Origin: Octopus sinensis | Lineage: Eukaryota | Reading direction: 5' to 3' | Length of the DNA stretch: 64,000 bases | Assembly (NCBI RefSeq): GCF_006345805.1 | Contig: NC_043011.1 | Coordinates: 15,574,464-15,638,463 of the forward strand | Part shown: in pieces, positions 1 through 13,289 of the stretch | Layout: the number at the start of each line of letters is the position of its first letter | How positions within the stretch are numbered: position 1 is the stretch's first letter | Translations under genes and position numbers: made by a program | The notes under the pieces: generated by a model | What the model was told of the DNA's origin: nothing | Databases searched by the model: none | What the model saw: the letters and a program-made list of their open reading frames with translations, nothing else

Positions 1-178
1 TTCCGGTGTCCTTATAAATGTTAAATTTTCCTTTAAGATAAATAAGAATAAAAGGATACAGTTACTTATTTGGGATTCCAACATGTCATAGATTAACACA
101 ACAAAATGACTGAAACATGTAAGGCAAGGAATGTGGAGATCTGTGGGAGAACTACTGACTATGAAGCTGAGATAATTT

Positions 179-510
179 AACAAAGGGATTATTTTTAATG
201 GTTTAGCCTTAGAAAATGAATGTTTTCATTGTCATCCGAAGCTCTTCGAGCTGGAAGAAAGAACTTTAACGTTTGCTGACAAGAGTACTTTTAACCAGCC
301 AGTTGCACATCTTAAACTAATGAAAGTGGTTCTTCTTCCATCGGAAACGTCAGGAATTGAACCACAGTAGTAAGGCATTGTAACTGCTTTGTAATCCATA
401 CATAGAGACATCTTGGTGGAAATTAAATCAATATGGTTATTCAAATCACAAAATTGGACAGCAGTCCTGCAGCTTCCAGAACGAGAATGTCCCCAATATT
501 ACTGGGTTTA
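179..510 (+). pseudogene. Decayed pogo/Tigger-type (DDE_1) transposase fragment
   Basis: Manual + frame reads LENECFHCHPK...HLKLMKVVLLPSETSGIEPQ**GIVTAL*SIHRDILVEI. This resembles the pogo motifs LDN..CHP and ..VVFLPPNTTS.IQPLDQGII..LK..YR..L. In-frame stops are present. Confidence 0.5.
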
Positions 511-660
511 CAGCTGAAAAAATGTAAATCACCTGAAAAATATTCAGTCTGTAGCAGCCCACTATAGTAGGTTATTTGACATAATGTGGTTTGAGCAGAC
601 ATTCATTGTATTATAGAAAACTAGTGTAGTGCATACAGATAAATATAAAAAAAATATCCA

Positions 661-1073
661 GGATCTTTTCGGTTTGAACGGCAGTTTTTAACATAATTTC
701 TAGGTAACTAAAAAGTGATAAACTTCGTATACTGGTAGAATGTGTTTATAAAATATTTTTTCTCTTGGCTTTATTGAGAAAATTCTATAGTTTGTAAGAT
801 ATTTGTTATTTTTTTTTCTTCAATTACTGCAATTTCAACCAATCGATGACGTCCATTGAGGTAAAATAACATTCTGTGCCGTATGAATAAGAAACGGATT
901 GGGTTAATTTACATTTGTGAAGAAAAAAGATATCCTTCCCCCACCCCTAACCCTAACTAACCCTAACCCTAAAATAGATTGAAATGCAGTAGATCAATAC
1001 TAGGGTCATAATTATGGGTGGCAATTTCATATGACACCGCTAGATAAAACTGCCGTTCAAACTGAAAAGATCC
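661..1073. mobile_element. 413-bp MITE with 28-bp TIRs and 8-bp TSD (Merlin-like or other 8-bp-TSD superfamily)
   Basis: TIR GGATCTTTTCGGTTTGAACGGCAGTTTT (661-688) matches its reverse complement at 1046-1073 with 1 mismatch. Exact TSD AATATCCA at 653-660 and 1074-1081. GG termini plus an 8-bp TSD fit Merlin. Confidence 0.85.
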
Positions 1074-1779
1074 AATATCCATCATAAGAATTTCGAAATT
1101 ATGTCATAAAAATAGGCAACTGCTTTTGATATTTCAAGTTAAAATATCATTTTAAAGAGCTTTAGAGAAAAAGAGGAACATATGTTATCCGTTCATTTTC
1201 TCGGGTGATCAATTATTGTTTTAACTGTATCGCTAATAACGATTTGGAATGTCGTGATATCTGTAATATCTGTATTTGTATGATAATGCAAGATCAACTG
1301 TAATGGTAGGAATGAATATCTATGGTAAAGTAATTCTAATATCTGTTGTCGAGATAGCAAACTTTCCCGACAGTAGACGTTACACTAACCCTGTCTACTG
1401 TTCGAAGATTATGAGAGATTACCGCTGAATGTTTTAACGATTTTTTAAAATGCAATTAAATACTTGTGCGGAATAAATATATAGCGCCTAGAGAAAATCA
1501 GAATTTATCAGCTGGACACATTAGTGGCATTCAAAATGTCGTAGTTATGTAAGCCACGAATTATATTGCTCTGAGATTGCCAAGGAAATGGATGGAATAA
1601 GAATACAGAAGGAAAGTACAGTGATGTTCTTGCTAAAAAAAAAGACAAAAAAACTTATCACAAATATGGTACAGTTAGATGATACAAGCTACTACCTATT
1701 TTAAAATCTAAAAACCACAGATAAATAAATCAGCTTCTATAACATCAATTATAATGTATAGCCAGAGTATAACAACAAT

Positions 1780-2130
1780 TAATATGGACAGCAATAATTT
1801 TATTCTTTTCTGCATATCCCAGCATGTAGCTTTGGCATTTTGTTAACAGGGCTGAGAAGGGGCTCATTGCTGGTGCAAATAATATTACAGATAAACTATC
1901 CCTCTGGTATATTGCTTGTTGATGGCTTAATTCTCTTTGTAGCAATAGCTGTTGTTTTGGAAGATGTCAGTAATAATTGTGTGGACAATGATGCGGTGAG
2001 TTTCTCAATAGCGTTCACCATAACAGTTGGTAATTTGGTAAGGTGTAGTGATTCTATCATCCGTGAGTGTTGTATAGAATCAAACACCTTCTTGTAGTCT
2101 GGCCACGTTAATAAGAGATTACGGTGATGT
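1780..2130 (-). pseudogene. R4/Dong-like reverse transcriptase fragment
   Basis: RNLLLTWPDYKKVFDSIQHSRMIESL matches the NLSMAWIDY.KAFDSVPH.WI motif seen in the better copy at 48863-49507. A degenerate IFQGDSLSP region follows. Confidence 0.75.
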
Positions 2131-2259
2131 TGCTTGACTATGAATATTTCACGAATCGTGAATATTTCACGAATTGCACTTATGCGCATGCGTTAAATGA
2201 TAGGTGATATAAAGAACTTAGTTCAATTAAATAAAAATACCCTTTCCACTCTCCAATCA

Positions 2260-2500
2260 TCACCACCACCTCCACCTCCACCACCACCACCACCACCACC
2301 ACCAACGCCACCACAAACACTACCATCACCATCAGCACCACCACCACCACCACTCCCAACGCCACCACCAACACTACCATCACCATCAGCATCACCAGCA
2401 CCAGTACCAGCACCATCACCTCTCTCTCCTCTCTCTTCCCCCTCACTCCCTTCTCTCTCTCCCCCTCTCTCGCTTCTCTTTTTCACTCTCTCCCTGCCCA
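2260..2500. repeat. (CCA)n tract followed by CT-rich low-complexity sequence
   Basis: Directly visible; it produces the poly-Pro and poly-Gly ORFs in the track. Confidence 0.9.
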
Positions 2501-3290
2501 TCTTTAACCTCACTATCAGAACAACACACCGCTGCTAAAATTATATTTTTACCTTCGACTAACTTTTTAAACCACATAATAAATATTACTTTCCCCTTAC
2601 CTCGCGTCATGGACGCTTCTCTCTTCCCCTTTTCTTTTCCCTTTTCTTTCTTTCTCCCTCTTTCTCTCCCCTCTTCACCATATCCTCTTTTTCTCTGTTT
2701 TTCTTTCTCCTTTCTTTCTCGTCAACTAATCACGTGAAAGCTTTACAATTGCATTTCCTCTACATTATGTCATGGATGCTGCTGTCACTCTCTTTTTCTC
2801 TCTCCTTCATTTTCTCCCTACTTTTCTCTAATCACGTGAAAGCGTTAACGACGGGCTAAGTAACGCAATGACAAGCAGAATTATTGTGAGATGGGACGTA
2901 ATATATTTGTGCCTCGTATGTAGAAGGCGTTTCTGAGTTACTTGTCTGTTATTTAATTAATCTATCACTTTCTTACTTTGGAAACATTTTGAAACTCGAT
3001 TAAGTGTATCATTAAGTAAATATTTTCTTTTGCAGGTAAGTGACGTTTGCTTATGAAATTCAAGTCTAAAAATAACTTTTTCATACTTGCTTTGTCATGT
3101 AATCCATATTTCTGTAAAAAAAAAAGCAACACTATACTGAAATCGTTTTTTTTTTCCTTGCTTAACGTGCGTGGACTTAGTGTTTTAAATCATGAAAACT
3201 CTACTGTCAAAATTCATAGACATAATATACATCCTAAGTATATAAACCATGCATATCAGATATAGAGCATATTGTTACTGTTTACCACTG

Positions 3291-3395
3291 TTCGCTCCTG
3301 ATCGAGCTGTTTTATGCTCAAAATGTCGTTCCAAACGTGATCAACAAGAAAATTGCCCATGAATCCTGATAGCACATTATATTGCGTTTTTATTT
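3291..3395 (+). repeat. ~105-bp dispersed repeat, second copy at 10443-10548
   Basis: TTCGCTCCTG.TCGAGCTGTTTTATGCT...AACGTGATCAACAAGAAAATTGCCCATGAATCC...ATTGCGTTTTTATTT occurs at both sites. The second copy lies just downstream of the MULE remnant. Confidence 0.8.
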
Positions 3396-3577
3396 AGAAC
3401 GGTAGAATGTAATAATGACTGATTTCGTTCCTATATCATTTAGGTCAAATGATTACGTGATCCTTTTTTCTTGTTGAATTGAAAGGCATCGGAATACATT
3501 TGAGATATTTACGGTTAAATCTTTACCATGTTAATGTAGGAAATATGCCACTGAACTCTTGATAAAACTCAATAAGT

Positions 3578-3739
3578 GAGGTGCTGCTATGTCTGTGTGA
3601 TAGGAATTTGCTTTCAACCCACATGGTTCCGGGTTGAATAATACTGCGTGACTTGTTGGTCCCGTGTCTTTTACTATAGCTTTGGGCCGACCAAAGACTT
3701 GCGTGTGGATTTGGTAGACAGAAATCGTAAGAAGCTCGT

Positions 3740-3826
<87 letters not shown>

Positions 3827-3827
3827 G

Positions 3828-3882
<55 letters not shown>

Positions 3883-3980
3883 GTCTGTCTGTTTGTCTCC
3901 CTCTCTCTCTCTCTCTCTCTCTATCTATATATCTATGTATCTATCTATTTATCTACCTACCTACCTACCTACCTACCTTC

Positions 3981-4026
<46 letters not shown>

Positions 4027-4322
4027 GTCTGTCTGTCTGTCTGTATGTATGTATGTATGTATGTTTATCTATCTATCTTTCTATCTATTTATCTATGAGT
4101 GTTTGTGTGTATCTTTAAGTTTGTGCTTTCCCACCATCACCACAACCTGCTGGCAACCTATGTTGATTCCTTTACGTACCCGTGACATTGCGGCTCGGCA
4201 AAGAGACCCATAGAATGTGTACCAAGCTTTAAAAATAGCAATAATTCATTTTGCTAAATCTCTTGAAGGAGGTTCCACTACATGGCCACAGTTAAATGAC
4301 AGAACACGTAAAGGAAATAAGA
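3578..4322 (+). mobile_element. Diverged tRNA-derived SINE, family A (head, internal microsatellite, tail)
   Basis: Head and tail are homologous to 6873-7312. The internal tract is (CTAT)n/(CT)n/(TATG)n at about 3740-4095. Confidence 0.75.
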
Positions 4323-6872
4323 TATTAGAAAAAATATCATTATTATGATAATAATATTTTCAACAATAGAGTTACATCAGTGAAATAAAAACATAACTAA
4401 GATAAACGACTAACGAAACTATCATTAATATGATGTAGACAATCTGTGATTCAATTTTATATATACTTCATGTATAAAATAGACTCGTATTGCATTTTTG
4501 CATAGATAAACCATAGTAATGTAAATATGAACGCTATCAGTGACCAGTGTTGGCATAGATCGGATAGTAAAGTTAATGAGTTGTGCAGATAAATTCAAAG
4601 TCTGTACGTCGCGGGATGAAATTATACAGCAACGCTCATGACAAAATAGGACAGTATTCCGCAGGGAGGAAAGAAATCTGATTTCTTGAAATCACCCTTT
4701 TCTCTGAAAGAAATGATTGAAACAAGTAAATTTTCTCAGACAGAATATATATTCTGATATGTTTCATTCTTCTCAGCACAGTATAGAAATTTATCCAAAC
4801 TCACGCAGTTCGTTATATAGATATGTATGTTCAGTCACTGTCATTGTATATGTGAGGAAAACATGAGTATTAATAAAATAGCAGTGAATGTCAATATAAA
4901 TTTAGTTAAAACCTTTGTCTAAAGACTATATTGATTATTAAACAACATATTTCTCCAAGCTATTTTGAAATATCCATCAGTTTCCATTACAATTAATGGC
5001 GATATATGTATGTTCAAACGAATATTTGGATATCAATAACATTTAACAGTTGCAATAACCTTTTAGAGACTGCAAATTGTTAAGTACATTTAGAACGGCA
5101 TATCTAACAGGAAATAGTAGATTTCAACGTTTATAACTGATAGCAGTATCAAATCACAATAAATTAATAATAAAGCGATTAATGGGGGGAACGAAAAAAC
5201 ATTTCCGTATCTTGGAAGGAAAAAGATAAAAATAAACAAAAAGAAAAACAAATTACACGAACGTATATAAAAAGAAGATACAAATATTACAGGCATTCCC
5301 CCCCATACACACACTAACTAAACAGACGCACATAGAGATAAAGGCATGCGCAAATGGAGATACATACAATAGAAATACAAAATGGCTGACGGTTAGTAAG
5401 GAGAGACACACAAATAAGGAAGAAGAAAGCAAAGGACCACTGATGCGGTCTTAGGAGTGTGACGAAAGAACTCTGGCCGAAATAAGATTAAGTTTAATGT
5501 AAAAAAATAAATAACACTGAAGCAAAGTAACACCAAATATATAGTGCGTGTGTTTTTATTGGCTAAACTAGCAAAATGACCATTCCGAAATACAACTAAA
5601 CATATAATCACTCTCCCTCTTTCTCCCTCTCTCCCTCGTTCCTCCTCTCTCCCTCTATCTTTCAATAAGCAGATAATCACTCACTCTCTCTCCCTCTCAC
5701 TCACTCTCTTTTTCCCTCTTTATCTCCCCTCCTACCTCCTCGCTAGTGTAATATATATTGTATGGTAATCGGATATTTTATAGTAGATTTTACACCGGAA
5801 AAGAATATAGTTGCATTAAACTTAAGTAAACACTGTATTCTACTTTTGGAGAAACATTATCATCAATAAATGCTTTGCAAATCCGAGATTACATGTACCA
5901 TATCCTAATCGATTACATTTTCGGGACAGAAAAATCCTTCAAGCATTTTCGTGCATTGACTAAAAGAGAAAAAGGAAGTATAAAACAAACTTTCGTTTTA
6001 TCTCATTGCGTTAAGAAATTCTGCGCTGGTTGGCAAAGTAAATTTCTTTCAGATATTCTGTTAAATGAAGTAGCTAGAGTTCATGTAAAAACTGAAAGGA
6101 AATTTACATAAAAATGTGTTCAACCTGTTTACAATAAAGGAATCACACCACTAGCCAAGCTTTACCAAATATTGCTCGTGCATTGAGAAAACAGAGACAA
6201 TGAAGAACTGAAGTTCTGCAAATGAAAGCAGAAGAAACAAAAATTATCATTTCTTCTCTCCTTTTCATTAATATTTTGGAAAACATCGAGGAAGTAATGT
6301 TATTCTTCCTGAGAGTAGCAACTGTCAAACATTTTGAAAATCTGCTTTAACCCAATTCGCACCACTAAATACCAACTGACTGCAGGAAAATGTATGATCT
6401 TCACAGTAACACACTTTAAACACCTTTAATGCGACGACTAACATTATGAATTGAAGACAATTCTCTTATATTTGTGTTATTCTGGCCAAAGAAGAAAAGA
6501 CGTGAGACCTTTACTCTCTCAGTCCCCGAAGAATCTGTCATGCGGTCATTAACCATATTAGAAATGTGAGCAAACATTTAAATCTCACCTTACTGAACGA
6601 AAGAGAGATAAATGGTATTATATTGCCCCTAGATATACTGTACTGGAATAAAAGAGTTGTTAGGTTACGGACTTTAGGCATATGCTTGATGGAATGGAAC
6701 CAACTTCGAGTGAGCATCAAAACTCCGCTAAAAATTAAGTTTAATTCGTTATGGAATTGTTTTTTAAGAATCAGAATAAATTTTTTTTGTGAAAGTTGCG
6801 TCATCAAGATCTTCTCTACCGATTGCCTGCTGTATCGGTCTGTAAATTAAATAATCAGTAATCTTCAATATA

Positions 6873-7039
6873 TAGGCGCAGGAGTGGCTGTGTGGTAGGT
6901 AGCTTGCTTACCAACCTCATGTTTCCGGGTTCAGTCCCACTGCGTGGCAACTTGGGCAAGTGTCTTCTACTATAGCCTCGGGCCGACCAAAGCCTTGTGA
7001 GTGGATTTGGTAGACGGAAACTGAAAGAAGCCTGTCATA

Positions 7040-7104
<65 letters not shown>

Positions 7105-7312
7105 GTGTGTATATGTTTGTGTGTCTGTGTTTGTTCTCTCACCATCGCTTGAAAACCGATGCTGGTGTGTTAACGTCCCCGTAACTTAGCGGTTCGGCAA
7201 AAGAGATCGATAAAATAAGTACTATGCTTACAAAGGATAAGTCCTGGGGGACTAAAGGCAGTGCTCCAGCATGGCCGCAGTCAAATGACTGAAACAAGTG
7301 AAATAGTGAAGT
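6873..7312 (+). mobile_element. tRNA-derived SINE, family A, complete
   Basis: A-box-like TGGCTGTGTGG and B-box-like GGTTCAGTCC, an internal (TA)n/(TG)n tract, and a tail ending GCAGTCAAATGACTGAAACAAG. More than 10 related copies occur in the window. Confidence 0.92.
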
Positions 7313-7529
7313 AAAAGGTACATCTCACCGTCTTCTGACATACATAATTTTTTGTATTCTCGCGTCAGACGTCTTCAATGTTACATTATCGAGTGATATG
7401 TCCCAATACACGTAATTTTGTAAGCAACATTAAATATCGAGGGAAAGACAAGTTGGAAGCAATAAAGTTAGAGGGACTTGATAAGTAAAGAGTTAAAACA
7501 CAACTATTATATTCTATTTATAAGTAAAA

Positions 7530-7770
7530 GGCGGCGAGCTGGCAGAAACGTTAGCACGCCGGGCGAAATGCTTAGCGGTATTTCGTCTGCCGTTACGTTC
7601 TGAATTCAAATTCCACCGAGGTCACTTTGGCCTTTATCCTTTCGGGGTCGATTAGAATAAGTACCAGTTACGCACTGGTGTCGATGTAGTCGACTTAATA
7701 CCTATGTCTGTCCTTGTTTGTCCTTGTTTGTCCCCTCTGTGTTTAGCCCCTTGTGGGCAGTAAAGAAATA
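7530..7770 (+). mobile_element. tRNA-derived SINE, family B, with 22-bp TSD
   Basis: Head GGCGGCGAGCTGGCAGAAACG and B-box-like TTCAAATTCC. Exact direct repeat TATATTCTATTTATAAGTAAAA at 7508-7529 and 7771-7792. Confidence 0.92.
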
Positions 7771-8288
7771 TATATTCTATTTATAAGTAAAATCACATGA
7801 ATTACGTATGGGGCAACATTTAAAAAATAACTATAAATTATATTTGGTCTTTGAAAGGTAGGACAGCGAATTTATGTCTATTTTGCAGAGCTCGTACGTG
7901 TATAACTGTTACTTATTAGAAGGCCAGGAATAGATTTAAATCTGGGAAAACTTTAAAGAGTTCTTGGGTTGTGAAGAAACTTAACGAATATTTGTTATTG
8001 CATTTGTTATTGCGTAACTTAATCAATTTGAAAATGTTTATGGAATTCGTTCGAATTATCATGCAGGGTTTGGAGTGAATTACATCAGGAAATAACTTAT
8101 ATCATGTAAGAATGAGTAAACCATGTTATATTAAAGTAATCCTACTTGTACAAAAGAGGGTAATAGCTGAATATGCGTAATAGATTGACAAAATATACGA
8201 GCGTGAGTGTGCATTATATGGAAACATACTCACACGTGTGTTCACTTGATTATTTGTTTTTTTTACCAATATATGTATATATATATAT

Positions 8289-8717
8289 TCTTTTATTCTT
8301 TTACTTGTTTCGCTCATTTGACTGTGGCCACATTGAAAGGTTTCTCAAAGCACCGCCTTGAAAGGTTTTTAGCCGAACACATCGACCCCAGGACCAATTG
8401 TTTAAGCCTTGTACTTATTCTCTCGATCTCGTTTGCCGCACCGCTCCGTTACGTTGACCTAAATACAACAAAACCGGTTGTCAAGCGATAACAGGGGTAC
8501 AAACACAGACACAAACACAAACACACATAGACACACACACATACACACACACTCACACATACGATAGGCTTCTATCAGTTTCTGGCCATGAAATCCACTC
8601 ACAAGGCTTCGGCCGGCCGGAGGTTATAGTAGAAGGCACTTATCAAATTTGCCACGCAGTGAGACTGAACTCGGAACCATGTAGTTAAGAAGCAAACTCC
8701 TTACCACACAGCCACGC
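8289..8717 (-). mobile_element. SINE family A
   Basis: Reverse-complement homology to 6873-7312, with an internal (CA)n tract. Confidence 0.88.
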
Positions 8718-8959
8718 ATATATATCAGAACAATAGATTGGATACATTTTTTGTTATTATTTATACACCATTACACATGCTTCATTTGCTAATAGAAGTT
8801 ACAAAATTGTACACGTAGGAGAAACATGTATGATATCTATTAGAAATTATTCAGAGGGAGGATCAAATAATATCATATAGTTCTCTGCTGAAGAATCGTG
8901 GAAAAGAAAAAAAAAATAACATTCTTACAATCGATTTCTTCGCACCTTTGACAAACTAA

Positions 8960-10400
8960 GCAGAATTGACAGTGAATGTTTGCGTTGTGAGCTGAAAAAT
9001 CGATGCAAAATATGGCTACATACAAAAGCTAGAAAAGTGGTAAATACGCTACATCTTCAGTAGCCTGAGGCTTCCCCATAACAACGAGATACCGCATATT
9101 TTAAAACGAATATGAAAAGAAGCAGTAAAAACTCTTGAGTCTCCCGGTGTAGTTATAAAAGAATGTTTAATAAACATATTTCATGCTATTTTAGCGTTTA
9201 TTCCTCATATGTCTTCTTCGAGAAAAATTGTACGAACAATGCATCCTTTGTAGATTTCTTTAGAAGAGAGAACCAGCTTCAATATTTAATGTCATCTAAT
9301 ATGTGGATTGCAGATGGAACATTTATGTTGTTCGGTTCCCCTTTCTTCAAATTTAGGTGATTTTGGTAAAAACAAGTATGATAGATTTCACCCCAACAAT
9401 GTGCTCTTTTACCGAAGGAACAATAGACCACATACATGAGTATGTTCGAGGTTTGGCAAGAAAGTGAGTTCAATTTGAGACGCATTTCTATTGTGTGCAA
9501 CTTTCAGAAAGCTGCACCTAAAGCTATGGAAGATGCATTGCCTGGTGTGCATAGAAATGCTTTTTTTTTTTCTTTTTTTTTTTGCATTTAACCTGAAATC
9601 TGCAAAAAGCATGTAGCTTGTTGGATTATCTGTTCAATATTGATCTAAATATTGCGTCGAAAATAAAAATGGATACTGCTTTTGAATTTGTACTATTGTG
9701 CAAGAATGACAAATATTTGATTACTCTTGGAACAAAGCTACCGCAATAAATTCAGACGTTACTCAATCGTTTTGAAGATACTTATGTTAGTCGTTAAAGT
9801 AGAGAAGGAACTGAACGACGTGCCCCATTATTCTTACAACGACCCCGTTTTGAATCTTTACCAATGGATTCAAACAATTGTGACCATATAAACAATCATT
9901 GGGAAGTACTCCATCTATTTCTTTACTACTCACAAGGGGCTAAACACAGAGGGGACAAACAAGGACAAACGGATTAAGTCGATTACATCGAGCCCAGTGC
10001 GTAACTGGTACTTAATTTATTGACCACGAAAGGATGAAAGGCAAAGTCGACCTCGGCGGAATTTGAACTTATAACGTAATGGCAGACGAAATGCGGCTAC
10101 GCATTTCGCCCGGCGTACTAACGTTTCTGCCAGCTCGCCGCCTTATTGGGAAGTAGTCCATCGTCGATAACAATACGAAGTCAGTCTGCCAGCTCCAACA
10201 ACATTGAATTACAAGGGCTTCGTAAAATGCAGAAAGAGGGAGAGATGATTACTATGAACGTTTATTCGTTGGATATGAACTACAGCCAAAACTCAAAGCA
10301 ATATACAGATAGTGGAAAAAGAATATATGAAACTTTTACTACTTTTGAAAACGTGGATGATATCGAATTTGAGTACTGTTCATAGTTACCAAATGAATAT
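8960..10400 (+). pseudogene. Decayed Mutator-like (MULE) transposase, interrupted by a SINE
   Basis: Frameshifted motifs appear in MULE order: WIADGTF, CALLPKEQ*TTYMSMF, CNFQKAAPKAMEDALPG, HLT*NLQK, LLNRFEDTYVSR...RRAPLF. C-terminal-like sequence resumes after the SINE at 10146-10385. Confidence 0.65.
9916..10144 (-). mobile_element. SINE family B with ~18-bp TSD
   Basis: Reverse complement of 7530-7770. Flanks read ATTGGGAAGTA(C/G)TCCATC at 9898-9915 and 10145-10162. Confidence 0.9.
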
Positions 10401-10856
10401 TCGAAGAAAGCCTCTCGAAAAGTTAATTTAGTAATATTTTCTTTCGCTCCTGCTCGAGCTGTTTTATGCTAAAAAATGTCGTTCTAAACGTGATCAACAA
10501 GAAAATTGCCCATGAATCCCGGCAGCACTTTATATTGCGTTTTTATTTTGAGGGGAACCAGGTAATGCTTCTTTTCACCGTTCTGGTTTGTTTATGGTTC
10601 GCATGGTCGGCTTTGATTACACATACTAATTTGCATTTTATCCGACTCGCCTTCAGTAATTCACCGTAGAATGCTTTTTATTTGCGAAGAAATTTATAAC
10701 ACATAACCAATGCAGAGTAGTCCATAACGATGTTTAAGTTTTGAATGGCACGTCCGTGAGATTTACCACCTCCATACAGTAGTTGATGCACCACACAAAC
10801 TTTATCGACCACCATCTCTCTCCAGATTCACTACTTGAGTTTTAAAGCTGTTTTGT

Positions 10857-11033
10857 TGGAGTGTGTAGCTTAGTGGATCGGGTATTTCACTCGTGAGAGT
10901 TACATTATGGTTTCGATTCCTGGACGTGGCAATACATTGCGTTCTTGAGTAAATACTTCACTTAACATTGCTCCAGTTCATTCAGATGGCAAAAATGAGT
11001 AATCCTGCGACGGACCAGCCACAGGATCTGGAA
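10857..11033 (+). mobile_element. Diverged tRNA-headed SINE fragment
   Basis: A-box-like TAGCTTAGTGG and B-box-like GTTTCGATTCC. It ends in CTGCGACGGACC, a motif shared with the family C copies. Confidence 0.55.
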
Positions 11034-11759
11034 AATCGGTCTTATGAATTTTTGGCTCGGGAAGGAATTTGATTGTGTTTTAAGATATGTATTCATAAAT
11101 GTGTCTATTTGTATGCATGAATTTATACAGATACCCGTTCACGTAAAATGAGAAAGAACTTTAATTACAAACAAACTAATATTTAAAAAAAAAATTATGC
11201 AGTCGAAGAAGCTGGAAATTAGATTCTCCTTCAATATCATGGAAAGTCTGAGTGAATTTGAATAATGAAAATATCACGATCTCAAAACTGGAAATTGTTT
11301 ACCCAGCTATGAAATGTTGGACGCGGTTTCATATTTAAGAAAATAAAATCAAATTATCCATTTTAATTAAGCTTCAGGAATAATCAGATCTAAGTCCTTC
11401 TGGAATAAGATTCTAGTGTTCTTTCCATTAATACAACGTTCAAGTGAAGGTCGGCTGCAAATTAAATATGATTTGGTCATTCTACGTATTTATTGAATCA
11501 ATGTCCTGTCTTCTGTGTCTTTGATTCTCCTTCAGTTCCTACCTTTTGAATTCCACTCCCTCTCTTTCTCCTATCTGTTAATTCTGCTGCTACAGATGAT
11601 ATGATATTGCAAGTCTAGTCAGCCGAGTGATATTATTCTATATTAAACGTATCTGATATAATATTTAATGTCTGCCAGTGAAGTCTAGCGTGTTTTGGAA
11701 GAAGAGCTAAAGCTAATTTACATAATAGTACAACTTCCATAATCTAATCTAATCGAATA

Positions 11760-11950
11760 CTCACACATACACACACACACGCACATACACACTCATAAAC
11801 ACGCACACATCAACACACACACACAAGCACACATAAACACACACACAAACACACATACAAACAAATACATACACTTGCACACGCACACACACACACATAC
11901 AACAAACTCAAACACAGATATATATGTAGATATATATATGTATATATATA

Positions 11951-11987
<37 letters not shown>

Positions 11988-12035
11988 GTATATGTATATA
12001 TATGTATGTATGTATATATATATACATACCTACAA

Positions 12036-12068
<33 letters not shown>

Positions 12069-12087
12069 TATACATACATACATACAA

Positions 12088-12136
<49 letters not shown>

Positions 12137-12454
12137 CATAAATACATATATGTTTGTGTGTGTGCGCGTGTATGTGTATGTCTAACAGAAATTGCTTACA
12201 AAAGAGACAGAAGTTCACAGACAAACATTAAATATTAATTCACACAAGCTTCCACCTCACACCTACATGCATGATTTATGACTTGATGTCTGCCACTGGA
12301 CCTCAGGGCGTTCATAACTATACAGAAATGAGTATGTTTGCGCAGACGCATTTGTCTACATGTATACATGCACATATACATACGCACACGCACACATACA
12401 CATATATATGTACAAACATGCGCGCGTATGTATATGTATGTATACATATGTGTG

Positions 12455-12492
<38 letters not shown>

Positions 12493-12560
12493 CAATGGGT
12501 ACATGCATGTATGTGTATGTGTGTCTGTGTGTGCGTGCGCATGTGTACATGAAGTTATAT
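11760..12560. repeat. Compound (CA)n/(TA)n/(TG)n microsatellite region
   Basis: Directly visible. Confidence 0.95.
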
Positions 12561-13289
12561 TGATATAAATGGATGCGATCGGGATTGCGTCATACTCACG
12601 GACAAAACGACCATCTGCTCATATGCTTGCGTATATACATTCTTATGTAAGCTGATATACGCATGTATACAATACGATATAGAAAGGGACTTGATATTTG
12701 AGGTAGAGAGATCAGATATGGTGAAATCTTTATTCTGTATATTTAATCTGGTATATATCTATTCTGTGTTTTCACGGAAGTAATTAGTCTAAGAGTATGG
12801 ACTGGATGTTTGGTATTTTACTTGGTTGTATAGAATTTCATACATATCTTTATATCAGCATTCCTCTGAGCCATAACCTTTACCTGTATCCAACACTTAT
12901 GTAGTAAAATTTTCAGGATATTTTCTCTTAATTCATAACAACATACAGTGCTATTGAAGTCGTAAATCATTTTTTTTTTCTTGTTTCTTATAAAACTTTA
13001 CTTGACCCTGTATCTTGCGTCTGCTCAACTAAATCCTATCACTTTTTAACGAAATACTTTACTTCATTCCTAAGATTATCTCACTGTCCTGAAGATGTCT
13101 CGATATCAAATTGCACTCCCTCTAGCTCAGCTCTGGAGGAACGCATGGACGCAGGTTATATTCCTGATCATTTTCTTTCCTAGTCTGTCGTTCCAGTTTT
13201 CAAAAAGGGAAACAAATCTCTTGCAGCGAACTACTATACGATTTCACTCACCTCTCATATCATTAAAGTATTTGAGAGGGTGGGGAGAT

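Noticed and set aside
232-520. Minus-strand ORF with an upstream TTTTTTCAG acceptor-like site as a host exon
   Set aside because: All three frames hit stops soon after the AG. The opposite strand is better explained as a pogo remnant.
945-972. True telomere or chromosome fusion site
   Set aside because: There are only about 4 imperfect units and they lie inside a TSD-flanked MITE.
2180-2538. Pro-rich and Gly-rich ORFs resembling extensin or formin
   Set aside because: They come entirely from (CCA)n and CT tracts, with no splice or domain support.
11810-12550. Many 60-200 aa ORFs such as YIYI, SIYL, MYVC and HTHT (also near 3.7, 26, 28, 31, 41.6, 43, 44.3 and 62 kb)
   Set aside because: They are stop-free translations of di- and tetranucleotide microsatellites, not genes.
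12760-13090. Additional Penelope remnant (IKRKYPENF on the minus strand)
   Set aside because: It is one short motif in AT-rich sequence.
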